Shown in pieces: positions 53,160 through 64,000 of a stretch of 64,000 nucleotides of DNA. The translations under genes were made by a program, and so were the position numbers. This stretch comes from Polyplosphaeria fusca (lineage: Eukaryota): the NCBI GenBank assembly GCA_010093805.1, contig ML996104.1:1-64000 (forward strand), given 5' to 3'. The notes under the pieces were generated by a model. That model did not search any database, was not told the DNA's origin, and saw only the letters and a list, made by a program, of their open reading frames with translations. Each line of letters begins with the position of its first letter. Position 1 is the stretch's first letter.

Positions 53160-53504
53160 TCACACATTGAAGACGAGAGAGGCAGGGTAGCTAAGGCGCT
53201 GGAGATATTCAATCTCATCCTGTCTCGGCTGTTAGTCGCACATGGTATTTCAGGGGCATACGGTCCTACCGTTCGAAGCCTTCGCCGCAGTGTGACTCGG
53301 TGATGATCGCGGATGCTCTGTGCCACCAGACATTGATGTCAGAACTCTATTCAAAAGCCCCGGAGACCACCGTAGTACCTCTAAATGCCAATCTTCGCCG
53401 AACTCATTCCTCCTGTTTGCTATGTATTCTTGCAGGACGCGGATCCTGATGTACCTATCCGGGAGGTCCTGCACGACGTACCGCTCGGTCGCAGTTTGGG
53501 ACAT
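53160..53504 (-). CDS. 77-aa three-exon microprotein, unknown function
   Basis: Exons 53504-53379, 53317-53270 and 53219-53160, both introns phase 0 with GT, branch point and CAG. Product: MSQTATERYVVQDLPDRYIRIRVLQEYIANRRNEFGEDWHLESIRDHHRVTLRRRLRTDEIEYLQRLSYPASLVFNV. Confidence 0.7.
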
Positions 53505-53933
53505 GGGCCGGCGAAAGGAGGAATTGACGAGTAGTATAGACATGAAGAGTACGTCGTCGACCTTGACGAGTGATCTGAGAGCCCAGGACGTCGCAATCAC
53601 GGCGCCCGTTAGGCAGATGTGGCCTCCCGACCAGGTTACCCTTGTCAAGGTTGAGATGCAGCGCGCCCAGGCGCCAAGCCTGTGCTGACCTGATAGCCTC
53701 GCGATGTTTTTGTCGACGACTGGCATTCTCCGTAAATTTATCAATACGACAATGCTTCAAACGCGAGTCAAAGTTGCACATCACTAGGAACGCGGGAGTA
53801 AAACGTCCCTAGCTGCTCGGGATGGACTTTGGCTACCAAGCAGTACCTGTCCGCTCCAATATCAGAGGCATATACACTGTGTCGTGTTCCTCCCACCTTA
53901 CTTTGCACGAGCAAAATGTAACCTGCACAGCCA

Positions 53934-55426
53934 TCATTTCCTGCGTCCAAACCGGCCTTTGCCGCCATTTCCTTTGCTCTTGATCTTTAGTCTGCGGTAG
54001 TTTGCGTGGGCAGTTGCCTTCACTTTCCTAGCGGCAGTCCTGACAGGTCCGTCTTTCGTCGCTTCCTGCCCGGCTCCGATAGCTTTCGGTTGCACAGTCT
54101 TTCGTTTCTTCGGCGTGTGAGAGTCGTCGCTGGTATACTCCTCGTCTTCGCTCTCTTCTTGATCGCTTGCCAACTTAGTGGTGCGGTTTGGTGTCGCTGT
54201 GGGTACATTCTCTTCTTCTGAATCTTCCTCAATGCGCAATGCCTCCAGGGGTTTGGGTTTGGTGATAGTTGGTCGCACTTGTTCAGGTTAGATGAATAGC
54301 ACAAAGGTTTAAAAAACATGGACTCACTTATTACTCTTCTTGTTTGCCTCTTTTGTCCACGCTTCTTAAAGATCTTCCCGCCTGGTTTCGATGCATCATC
54401 AATCTCGCTCTCTTCTCCTTCAACATCATACGCAACGAATCCGTCTGCATCAAGAGAACCATTGTCTTGGCTGTCTTTCACAAACGTCTTCGATGTCTTT
54501 GCTTTCTTCGGGAGGGGAGCAAAGCCATCGGCCTCCATCTCTAGTTCCCTCATAATGTTGGCCTCCTCATCTAATCTGTCCTCTTGATCTTGCTTCATCG
54601 ACTGGATCATACCACTCAAACTGCGTCCGAAGCTACGTCGTTTCCAAGGCGCGGGTCGAGGCGTCGGCTCATTCTCCTCATATATATCGGCAAGCCCGTT
54701 GTTCCTGCGTAAGAATGCTGGTGTTGAAAGGCCTTTCAGAGCAGATGTCGGTGTCCCCTGGTCATCTAGCTTTCTCTTCTTCGGCGTGACGAACCTGTCC
54801 AGCATGAATCGCTTGCCCGAGGACTGTGGCGTCTTCTCTCTTCGTACTGCAGAGACGTACGAGGTCTCGCTTTCTGTCTTGCCCCCGCATTTACTGGGCG
54901 TCTGAAAGATGTTCGTTGAGACTTCGCTCAAAATTGTTCGTTTCTTGCTAGGTGTCTCTACTGGCAGCAGGTCGAACAAGCCAATCACTATCCCATTGCG
55001 CTGTGGGGTAGGCCCAATCATTGCCGGGCCCTGCGGGGAGAGCAATTCGACAGCTGAGTCTATAGGCAGCGAATCTTCCTCGCGCTTGCGTTTCTGTGGG
55101 GTATTGTTTGTATCGGCGGGCCGCGTGTTCACTGTGCGCTCGGGTTCACGAATTTTGCGGCTTTTGGTGCGCTTGGAGGGTGTTCGGATTGCCGATTTGC
55201 CTAAGAGGATATCCCTGATCTTGTTGTATTCTTTGTACTTCTGAGCTACACTTGGTCAGCAAGGTTGCTAGGTCATCATCTTCAAAAGCATACAAATCGT
55301 CGCATTGGACTTGATGTCATCGCGTCCAGCTTTGCGTCCTCTATGCTCGGAAGCAAACTGCTTCTCCCAAACCTTGAGGTCCTGCCGTAGAATGGCTGAG
55401 CGCTGCTCCAGCTCATTTGTGTCCAT
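53934..55426 (-). CDS. SLD2: DNA replication regulator Sld2/Drc1
   Basis: N-terminus LRQDLKVWEKQFASEH-GRKAGRDDIK, IGPTPQRNGIVIGLFD, many S/T-P CDK sites, KKRGQKRQTRRV and HANYRRLKIK. Two introns. Confidence 0.92.
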
Positions 55427-55446
55427 GGCGGTGGTGGCGTGGAATT

Positions 55447-55475
55447 ACGCGTGTGTCGTGTAGACGTGCACGCGT
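55447..55475. promoter_or_regulatory. Two MluI cell-cycle boxes (ACGCGT) upstream of SLD2
   Basis: ACGCGT at 55447-55452 and 55470-55475, with further CGCG cores at ~55614-55672. Consistent with MBF-type G1/S regulation of a replication gene. Confidence 0.6.
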
Positions 55476-55862
55476 CAAAGCCAAGCTGGTTGGGCGATAT
55501 AGGCAGCCGGGATATGATGTTATGAGCGACAGTGCAGTATGGCGGATGATGAGGGAAGAAATGAGCCAGAAGCTCCTTGAAGTTGTAAGTACCTACTGCA
55601 AGGTGGAGGCTGGCGCGCTAAATCGCGGAAAGACGCGCCGCAACGCGACTGGGAGACACGGCACGTCACGCGAGCACGAGCCAACCGCCTTGGCCGGTCA
55701 GCACCCGTCCAGCATGACTACCCAGTACGAACAGCAACACCCGTTTATTCTTATCAAAGCGCAAGGACACTGAAAGTATGGTACAGTACTATTCACAGAC
55801 TCCCGCTCGGAGCTCAACGCGTGCGCTTATGCCAGACCGAAACACTGCCCAGGAAAAGAAAA

Positions 55863-57657
55863 CTAATAATGAATGGCCTTGTCGTACGTTGCCATTGCCG
55901 CCTCCTTGAAGGCCTCGGAAAGCGTTGGGTGGGCATGTGATGTTCGTGCGACGTCTACAAAGTATTAGCAGCTAAACAGTTGCGATATTGGGACTTTGCA
56001 TACCTTCTGAGCTTGCTCCGTACTCGATGGCGAGCGTACCCTCGGCAATCATCTCACCAGCGTTGGGTCCAACAATGTGAACACCCAGTATCCGGTCAGT
56101 CTCGGCGTCTGAGATGAACTTGACGATGCCCTCAGTATCCAAATTGGTCTTCGCTCTGGAGTTGGCAGAGAAAGGGAACGTTCCGACCTTGTACTTGACA
56201 CCAGCGGTCTTGAGCTCCTGTTCGTTCTGGCCAACCCATGCCACCTCAGGGTGCGTGTACATGACCGACGGGATTGCACCATAATTGACGTGGCCGTAAC
56301 CCTTTGACAGGTACTCGACAGCCGCCACGCCCTCCTCCTCGGCCTTGTGGGCAAGCATGGGCCCGAAAGTAACGTCTCCAATGGCACGGATGTGGGGAAT
56401 CTTGGTGCGGTACTCCTGGTCAATGACAAGACGGCCCCTCTCGTCGGTCTCAAGTCCAATGTTTTCCAAACCTAGGCCTGCAGTGTAAGGGCGGCGTCCA
56501 ATGGCAACCAGTACAACATCAGCGTCAAGCTACTGCAGTCAGCCAATGTTCATTGCAGCAAGAAAGTTTGACCTACGACTTCTTCTTTGCCACCCTTGGC
56601 AGCCTCAACATTGACTTGGACAGTCTCGCCAGAGTCGTCACCCTTTGTAACCTTGGTGTTCAGCTTGAACTTCATGCCTTGCTTGGCGAGCAGTTTCTGT
56701 GTCATCTTGGCGATTTCGTTGTCCATTCCAGGGCCTCCAATCTGTCCCAGAAACTCGACGACGGTGACATCAGCACCCAAACGCGACCATACGGAGCCCT
56801 GTTCACAATGTCAGCAATCTGCCACCCAGTTGATGACTTCACAATTCATACCATTTCGAGGCCAATGATGCCACCACCGATGACAACCATCTTCTTGGGT
56901 ACTTCGTTCAGCGCAATGGCACCGGTGCTTGTAATCACCTTCTTTTCGTCAATGGTCAAGCCTGGGAACGGTGTTGCCTCTGAGCCTGTAGCGATGAAGA
57001 TGTTTTTGCCTTTTACAGACGTCTCTCCGCCGTCGAGGAGATTGACCGCGATAGTGTGCTCGTCCTGAAATGCGCCCGCTCCCTTGATGTACTCGACGTT
57101 GTTCTTCTTGAAGAGGAACTCGATGCCCTTTGTCAGCCCGGACACCGAAGTCTCCTTTGCCTTCATCATGGTAGGCACATCGATCTTGACATCGCCTACA
57201 GTGATTCCGCGGTGTTTTGTATCGTGGAGGATCTGGTGGTAGAGATGCGAGTTGTTAAGGAGGGACTTTGAAGGAATGCAGCCGACATTCAGACATGTTC
57301 CTCCGAGACTGCCACGCTTCTCAACGCATGCGACCTAGTAATTGTCAGCAGAGCCAATTGTGCCAATGCGCGAGACACTTTGGACGGACCTTCAGGCCAG
57401 CTTGTCCAGCTTTGATAGCTGCAACATATCCCGCAACGCCTCCGCCAACAATGACCAGATCCTTTTCCTCTGCGCCCGGGTCAGCAATCGATTACCGGAT
57501 AAGCTATATTACAGTGCCACTCACCGGCTTCTGAGGCGTAGCCCCTTCGGGATCTGTCCAGGAAGTAGATGTTTGAAGCGCGGAAAGCTGTTTGAGCTCC
57601 ACCAGCGGGCCGGAGCAACGACCTTGGCGCAGCGCGAGGCACAACGGACCGGAACAT
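55863..57657 (-). CDS. LPD1: Dihydrolipoamide dehydrogenase (E3), mitochondrial
   Basis: [15 protein letters not shown], redox disulfide [35 protein letters not shown] and HAHPTLSEA. Several introns. Confidence 0.96.
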
Positions 57658-57910
57658 GGTGAAGAAAGGCTAATTTCCAAAAGCTGAGAGAAGCCCGCGG
57701 AGACAACTGCGGGGTGAGGAAGAGGGGTCAATGGATGGTAGTGCGAACGTGAGTGAGTGTTGAGATTCGGAGGTCGAAGTCTGACGGAGCTTCGGGAAGA
57801 TTTGCGGCTAGGGTCGGGGAGCGCCACACCTTGGCAACGACATTGTATAGAAGATGCTCGTGCCATTACTGATTACCCATCTCTCTGAATCTACGTGTGT
57901 CTAACGGGTA

Positions 57911-60422
57911 TCACTCATCCAATGTTGCCACCGCCATCAATCTCGTCAGCATCGCCGCCACCTCTTTACACGCCCACTTCACCTTCTCCTTCTCGGATTT
58001 GGTGGCTGTGATGGATGACTTGCGCACAGTATTCTGCAGGAAATATTGAACACCAGCAATCATTTCAGGAGCCTCATCTGCTCTTATGAAAGTGTCCAGC
58101 AGACTCTTCTTGTTCTGTCCGCCCTTTTGTGATTGTAATATCACGGTAACAAGCAGAATTTCGACAAAGGTCCGTGTCTTGGGCTGCAGGTAAGGAAAGT
58201 CCAGTGGCTTGAGGGCAGTAATGGAAAGGGCACCGTGGGCAATGAGCGTGCCATACAGTTTACCCAGGTTAACAAGCCTCCTCAGCGATGTATCGTCACT
58301 GCTTTCCCCTGGTCCATGCTCCTCGTCGCTGCTTCCACCGTCGTTCCCTTCTCCTAAACTCTTGAAGACGTCCCACAGTGCGAACTGGAAGCCCTTTCGC
58401 GTCTTGTGGTCGGAGCTCAGGCGCTCGGCCAAGAATGTGTAGTACGGGTTATAGGTCTTCTCGCTCCCTGCACAGCGAACAACGACTCGCGGCACTTCGG
58501 TCTGCTGTGACCTCTTGAGGTTTAACTTCAATAGCTTGACGTAGGCGTCTTTGTAGTCGGCAGCTGACATGATGGTGACGAAAATTGCCCTCCTAATGTC
58601 CGTGTTCATGCGTTGCTCTCGAGCCAACTGAAGCAGGTCGACATCGCCCTCTTCCCAGCTTTGCTTGGACGCTTCCCCGGCTTCATTAGGGCGCTCGGAG
58701 CCTCGGTTCATCGACTCTTGAGCGCCTTCATCTCGCCAGCTAGCTCCTACCAACCACCACTTTCCCCGTTTTTCCGTGTTCCTTATATCATTTATCCCGA
58801 TGCGCAGGGGTTCAGTTCCTTTGAGATTGCGTGTGTTCAAGGAACCGAGGTGCTTCTTCATCCGGGTCGTATGCTCCGAAACAATGGCCGAAGCGCCAAC
58901 CCCTGTTTTCATTCGGTTGTTTTTGAGATTGTTGATCGTCTCGACCATGAACTTTGTACGAACTGACAGGTTGCTTTCTCCTGTCGCCGCGACTGAGGTT
59001 TGGAGGAGCAAAACTATATCTTTCAGCGAAGTAGGATTATCTTGTCGAAGCTGAGACCCCGAAACCTTGACTATGCGCAAAAGTAGCTCCGTATTGATCT
59101 CAGACAGCTCGCTGAGGAAAAATTTGAGGTAATCGAAGACGAGGTTGCTACCAATGACTTGGAACACATATAATTCGGCTACCAGCGAGATGAGGTTGGT
59201 GACCTGTTTTCCAGAGCCAGACTTGTTCTTTTCGTAATGTTTGTCAAACTCAACCACAATACGCTCTACCATTTGAGCTCCAAAGTCAGATCCAACGACT
59301 TTGTATATGGCTGCGATGAAGCCTGCATGAAGAATCAGGAACGTGTCCAGCAAGACTGTTTCGTCAGCCAGGAGACCAATCAACAGATCGATCACAGTCG
59401 AGTTAACATAACCGCGGGGGTGGTTCTGATAAATGTGTTCGATGTCCCGTAAAATGCTCAGCATGTTGGCTTCCGAAAGTCGGTTCAGAAGACCCTGCAT
59501 CTGTCGTTTCAGGCGTGTGAGGGCCTCTGCATCTGAGGATGGAGGGGCTCGCAGTGAGGGTGGGACGTATTTCTGGGGTGCAGCGGCGGCGTCTGCTGTG
59601 ACTGGTGCAACATATGGATTTTCTCGTATCCGCACTGGCTCGTCAGGACTTTGGTCGTCACGGTCATCGTTGCTTGTATCAGATTCGGACCGATCGTCTG
59701 GCTGCTCAAATTCGTCGGAAAGGAAGCTCCCAAGCTCAGAGTCACCATCTGTAGCTTCCGCCATATTATCTTCGGTGTTCGAATCCTCTTGATCATCCAA
59801 CGCGTCATCACATTTGGCTAGGGCCTTCTTTCTTTTACCGGTGAGCCATTCGTCATCTTCAGGTCTTTTTCTCTTCAGGGTTGTGATGTCTTCGTCCTCG
59901 TCACTGCTGCTTCCGCCAAGATCTTTCAATAGGTCGTCGAGTCCATCATCGTTGCTCTTCTTGCCTTTTTTATTTCGGGCTCCCAATTTCTTTTCCAGAG
60001 CAGCAATTTCTGCATCGTCTTGTTCCAGTCTGTCCTTAACTGCCCGAGACACGACTGGTGGGGGAGGAGTGAGTTCCACGAGAGAAGTCTTTTTCAGGAT
60101 ACTCTTCAATCGCGTCGGTTCCTCCAGGGACGAGTGCGATTCTGCATCGCTAAAGGCACTTGCCTCATCTTCCGACTCTTCAAAGGTGTCTTCCCGACTG
60201 GTATTTCGCTTCGTAATCTGCTTCTTCTGTTGGCGCTCCGCCTTGCGACGGTCCTTGCGATTCGTGGGATGCTGTCTGTGGCCTTTACTGCGCCGTCCAG
60301 AATCTGAAGAGCTTAGAAGACTGTATACAATAGTGTAAAATGCAAGACGGTTTACACATACCCCCAAACTGCTCGCGAAGCTCTTTGGGCAGCTTCGGGC
60401 CTGGAAATTGTCGCGGGCGCAT
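57911..60422 (-). CDS. SGD1: Nucleolar MIF4G/MA3 protein Sgd1 (NOM1)
   Basis: KYVPPSLR, QGLLNRLSEAN, RTKFMVETINNLKNNR, GKWWLVGASW and QRMNTDIRRAIF. ATG at 60422 with an intron at ~60361-60321. Confidence 0.93.
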
Positions 60423-60607
60423 GTTGTCGCGGTCGTGGCTGGACGTCGTAAAAAAGTTCTGAAGTCGGGTTCAAGACAACGTTGCCCCGCGGTTCGCTCG
60501 CGGCACTTCCTCCGCATCAAATTACGGACGAACCACCTCACGCCTACCTATTCACACCACAGACTGCCACACGCATGGGGCACGCATGATAGCTAAGAGA
60601 GACTATC

Positions 60608-61076
60608 ATGGCCGGTGACCACCTCAGCAACGACGAGGTACAGCTCACGCACACACAAGCCCGCATTGTGCCGCTAAATCCTCCCACAGTTCTTTACTCG
60701 CCTCGTCAATCTATTCGAGCTCAATCGCAAAAAGGGCCACGGGAGCGTCATCCTCACGCAAAAGCGCCTTGCTTTTGAGTCGAACGCAGATGTGCCATCG
60801 CCGACCAAAGTCCTCGACGACCCGCTCTGGGACACACACCCAGAAAACCCGCTACCATTAATCATCCGTGCCTCAAATACCAGGTCTACAGAGCGTCCAG
60901 GGACGGACAGGAAGAATGTGGACAAGATTAAGCTCTCTACAGTCGTACAACCAGATCAACTCGACGCTTTTTACGCGCGTTATGCCGAGGCTTGTAAAGC
61001 AGGAATGAGCGGGCTGAAGAAGCGGGACAAAAAGAAGAAGAAGAAGGACAAGAAGAAGAAAAAGGGTGTAGATTGA
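60608..61076 (+). CDS. SRP14: Signal recognition particle subunit Srp14
   Basis: MAGDHLSNDE / FFTRLVNLFE...GSVILTQKRL, IIRASN, KLSTVVQPDQLDAFYARYAEACKAGMSGLKKRDKKK. Intron 60638-60690. Confidence 0.93.
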
Positions 61077-61561
61077 GATACTGGGAGCTAGACATGCTGA
61101 GGTTGTATGGCGTTCACAAGGAACACCACGCACACGACATCGACATCGCAGACAAGAGGGTTGAGTCGCCGATAACTTCCTCATCACTGTCAGCTATGCT
61201 ATGGGCACTCTGAACTGCCTTGGAGCGAGGAAAATCTTGCGAAACTATCTTCCATGGCTCTAGGTTAGAAAGTACAGACTCGTCGCATGTCATCCGAGAC
61301 CACTCTCAAGCAAGATACCCATATACAATCGTACAGAAAGACCGGCGAGTAGCGCGTGCTATCGTGCTGGGAGATAAAGCGACTATCTAGGGGCTATGGA
61401 TCTTCTTAGTCTCAGGCGAAACGACCTTGAATCTATGATTCATACAATCTAACAGTCCTGCCACAATTTGACCCGTCATTGATCCAAGCAAAGTACACAT
61501 TGAGTTCCAGTGTGCCCAGTATATCCTTGCATCATACTCTAGACACTATGCCTTGTTACTC

Positions 61562-62279
61562 TTATGAATGGGTCAACGTCCTCGCTGACTTGCGGTGGAA
61601 GCCTTTCATGTTGAGGGGCAGCGGGTGTCCCATCCACGTTGCTCGCTGAGAATGGTCTCTCTCTTCATCATCCGTATTGGGATGTATCAAAGCCGACAGT
61701 GGGCCACGGTTAATTACCAGCCAGGGAATGAAGGCACCGAACTGCTCAGGAGTGAAGACATTCACTTCGAACATGGCCATTGGATGTGGGCCGATGGGTT
61801 TGTCCCAGACACGATATATACGGAGCTCTGGGACTGCAAATATCAGCCAAGGTAAAGCTTGGAACTTGATTTTCTGCCTACACTCTCGTCGTATGCGTTC
61901 CCACAACTCGTTTGCATACTTTGACTCCTCGGCGTCCGAAGAGAGATAGTAGATGTGAATGCTACTCAACTTAGTCTTATGGTCCCGGGAGGCAGGGACT
62001 ATGGTCATACTCGAAGCCTCCTCGCGTTCCATTGGTGATTGGAGTTACAAAGGCACTATATGCCTCGCTCTTCTTCTCTGCTGGCGGGTTGACATACGAT
62101 TTGCCATCTTCTGCTTTCTCGCTGCCATGATATTAGTACCTGCGAACACCTTGCGACTGGGATCCCTGTTGCCATATGGCACTACACGACGACCGGGAGA
62201 CTGACTCTGGCAGAGGAGCAAGACCATGATAGCCTTCCAGTGGTGAGGTGTAAGAATATAGGCTAGGCTCAGCAGGCAT
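61562..62279 (-). CDS. DOPA 4,5-dioxygenase family protein
   Basis: MPAEPSLYSYTSPLEGY...GGFDIHIYY...LWERIRREFPELRIY...PIGPHPMAMFEV...LIHPNT...DHSQRATWMG. Three introns; the 3' end is approximate. Confidence 0.88.
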
Positions 62280-62811
62280 TTTGAGCGAGGGAGCAAACGT
62301 CGAGACAATGGTTTAATTAAAAGTGCAAAGTAAAGCCCCCGTTCTTGTATTCATTATCCGCGTTTCTCGTCCGTATACCGTGCCGCACAAGACTATGTTC
62401 CGGCTTCCGATGCTTTGGGCTGCACTTTGTCAGCGCGGAATTGACTGCGATGATGCCATAATACCAACACTTGTTCAACTCGGACCAGCACAAGCGATCG
62501 AGTGATGGGCAAGTCGATTCGAAGGGTGACGGGCATGCTCGTAAGCTCGTGAGCTCGTGAGCTCTCGCCATAACAGGAGAGGGCAGGGCGTAGAGGGGTC
62601 GCGCCTGCGCCACACCCCTCATCGGCCTCCTCATTGGCGGGCACGAGGGCGCTGCCGACCACCTCAGAGCCGCACTCGGGAGCCAAATATTCAATTTGGA
62701 TGGACGTAAAAGAATTCGGCTCAGGCGAAATTTGATAAGGCCTGGATAGTAATCAGGAAACACAAAGCGTCACAGTCCCAGCCACAATAGAGAGTTTCAG
62801 AATCAATTGAA

Positions 62812-62818
62812 GAGTCAT
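62812..62818 (-). promoter_or_regulatory. Possible Gcn4/CpcA element upstream of asparaginyl-tRNA synthetase
   Basis: GAGTCAT (reverse complement ATGACTC) ~100 bp upstream of the ATG. Aminoacyl-tRNA synthetase genes are typical cross-pathway-control targets, but a 7-mer can occur by chance. Confidence 0.35.
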
Positions 62819-62914
62819 ACCCCGCCGCCTATAATTTCTGGCCAGCACCTGCCTTCGACTTCTTCTCCAACATAACCATCGAATATCACCGCGCACGACC
62901 CAATTGCCGCAACC

Positions 62915-64000
62915 ATGGCGGCCGAACAGAAGACCTTCTACATTGACGAAGATGCTGGCAAGGACAGCGAAGAACAGACCGGCGACGAGACGCTGCCGTA
63001 CAAGACTCTGGGCTACGCTGTCCTCACCCACACCGAGACGCCAAAGTTCTTGGTGCGCAAGAGCTTGACTGGCGAGATACCAGAAGGAGGAGACGAGAGC
63101 GCGCGGTTGGAATGGAAACCAGCGGCGAAAGCAGCCCTCAAGAAGGCAGTCAACTACGCCAAAACCCAGCAGAAGAAAGCCGCGAAGGAGCAGGAGCAGA
63201 TTGCGCTGAGGGCAAAAGAGGAAGCGGATCGAAAGAAGGTCCTCGACGAGGCAAAGGCGGTCGTTATCGACGAAGACAAGAGCTTGCCCGAAGCAGTCAA
63301 GATAAGGCTGGACGACACAGACTCGACCAAGATCCAGTTGGGCGATGGCGCGGATAAGAAAGGCACCAGGGTCCGCGTCCTTGGACGAGTGCACCGAGAA
63401 CGAAGGCAAAAGGACATCACATTCGTCACCTTGAAAGATGGCTACGGCTTTATGCAGGTCCTGTTCCAGGGCAATCTCGCAAAGACCTATGACATCTTGA
63501 CTTTGACTCGAGAGACGAGCATGGAGATTCTAGGCGAGCTAAAAGAGGTCCCGGCGGGTGCAAAGGCACCACACAACCGTGAACTGCACGCCGACTACTT
63601 CAGCATCCCCGAGGAGTGGAAAGCCGCTGGCGGCGAAGAGGCCATCACCAACAGAGTTTCCAAGGACCAAGACCCTTCTGTGCTTCTCGACCTCAGGCAT
63701 CTTGCCCTCCGTGGAGAAGAGCGCTCCAAGGTCCTCATCGTGCGCGATGCAGTCGAGTACGCCTTCAACACCGTCTATCACGAGCTTCGATTGCGCAAAA
63801 TGAGCCCTCCCGCTTTTGTGCAAACCCAGGTCGAAGGTGGCGCAACCCTCTTCAAGCTTCCATACTATAATGAGGAGGCTTACCTCACTCAGTCGTCGCA
63901 GCTTTATCTTGAAACTTGCCTACCGTCCATGGGTGACGTCTACTGCATCGAGAAGTCTTTCCGCGCAGAGAAGTCGTTGACACGTCGTCACCTGGCCGAA
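62915..64000 (+). CDS. DED81: Cytoplasmic asparaginyl-tRNA synthetase (3' truncated by window end)
   Basis: OB fold RVRVLGRVHRER...FVTLKDGYGFMQV, LLDLRHLALRGE, VQTQVEGGATLF and YLTQSSQLYLETCLP...SFRAEKSLTRRHLAE. Confidence 0.96.
   Translation, partial: MAAEQKTFYIDEDAGKDSEEQTGDETLPYKTLGYAVLTHTETPKFLVRKSLTGEIPEGGDESARLEWKPAAKAALKKAVNYAKTQQKKAAKEQEQIALRAKEEADRKKVLDEAKAVVIDEDKSLPEAVKIRLDDTDSTKIQLGDGADKKGTRVRVLGRVHRERRQKDITFVTLKDGYGFMQVLFQGNLAKTYDILTLTRETSMEILGELKEVPAGAKAPHNRELHADYFSIPEEWKAAGGEEAITNRVSKDQDPSVLLDLRHLALRGEERSKVLIVRDAVEYAFNTVYHELRLRKMSPPAFVQTQVEGGATLFKLPYYNEEAYLTQSSQLYLETCLPSMGDVYCIEKSFRAEKSLTRRHLAE

Noticed and set aside
38600..53800. Starship or other transposon as carrier of the accessory block
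   Set aside because: No tyrosine recombinase, transposase, LTR or terminal repeats were seen.
62753..63409. 218-aa minus-strand ORF
   Set aside because: Antisense shadow of the asparaginyl-tRNA synthetase CDS.

Overview
Gene-dense, intron-containing DNA from a filamentous ascomycete. GT-AG introns with CTAAC/CTGAC branch points and the gene content suggest a Dothideomycete (inference). Most of the window is conserved housekeeping genes: adenylate cyclase, NAF1, ALG9, an EI24-family membrane protein, PEP4, ATG26, FCP1, a Zn2Cys6 factor, MRPL19, RPN12, SLD2, LPD1, SGD1, SRP14, a DOPA-dioxygenase-like gene and a partial asparaginyl-tRNA synthetase. Between RPN12 and SLD2 lies a ~15 kb accessory-looking block (about 38.6-53.8 kb) with two interleaved modules. 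Module A is a Mup1-like amino-acid permease, a CorA-like membrane protein, a Ser/Thr kinase and a three-exon 77-aa microprotein that the ORF track does not assemble. Module B sits inside it: an intronless glutamine-synthetase-like (gamma-glutamyl ligase) gene, a small apparently frameshifted gene, a CmcJ/AsaB/NvfI-family oxygenase and a gamma-glutamyltranspeptidase. Module B reads as a candidate 'glutamylate, oxidise, deglutamylate' pathway. The left end has two lineage-specific genes, one with three WW-like repeats. I saw no tRNA, rRNA, transposase or CRISPR. All gene models were spliced by eye, and no database searches were run.
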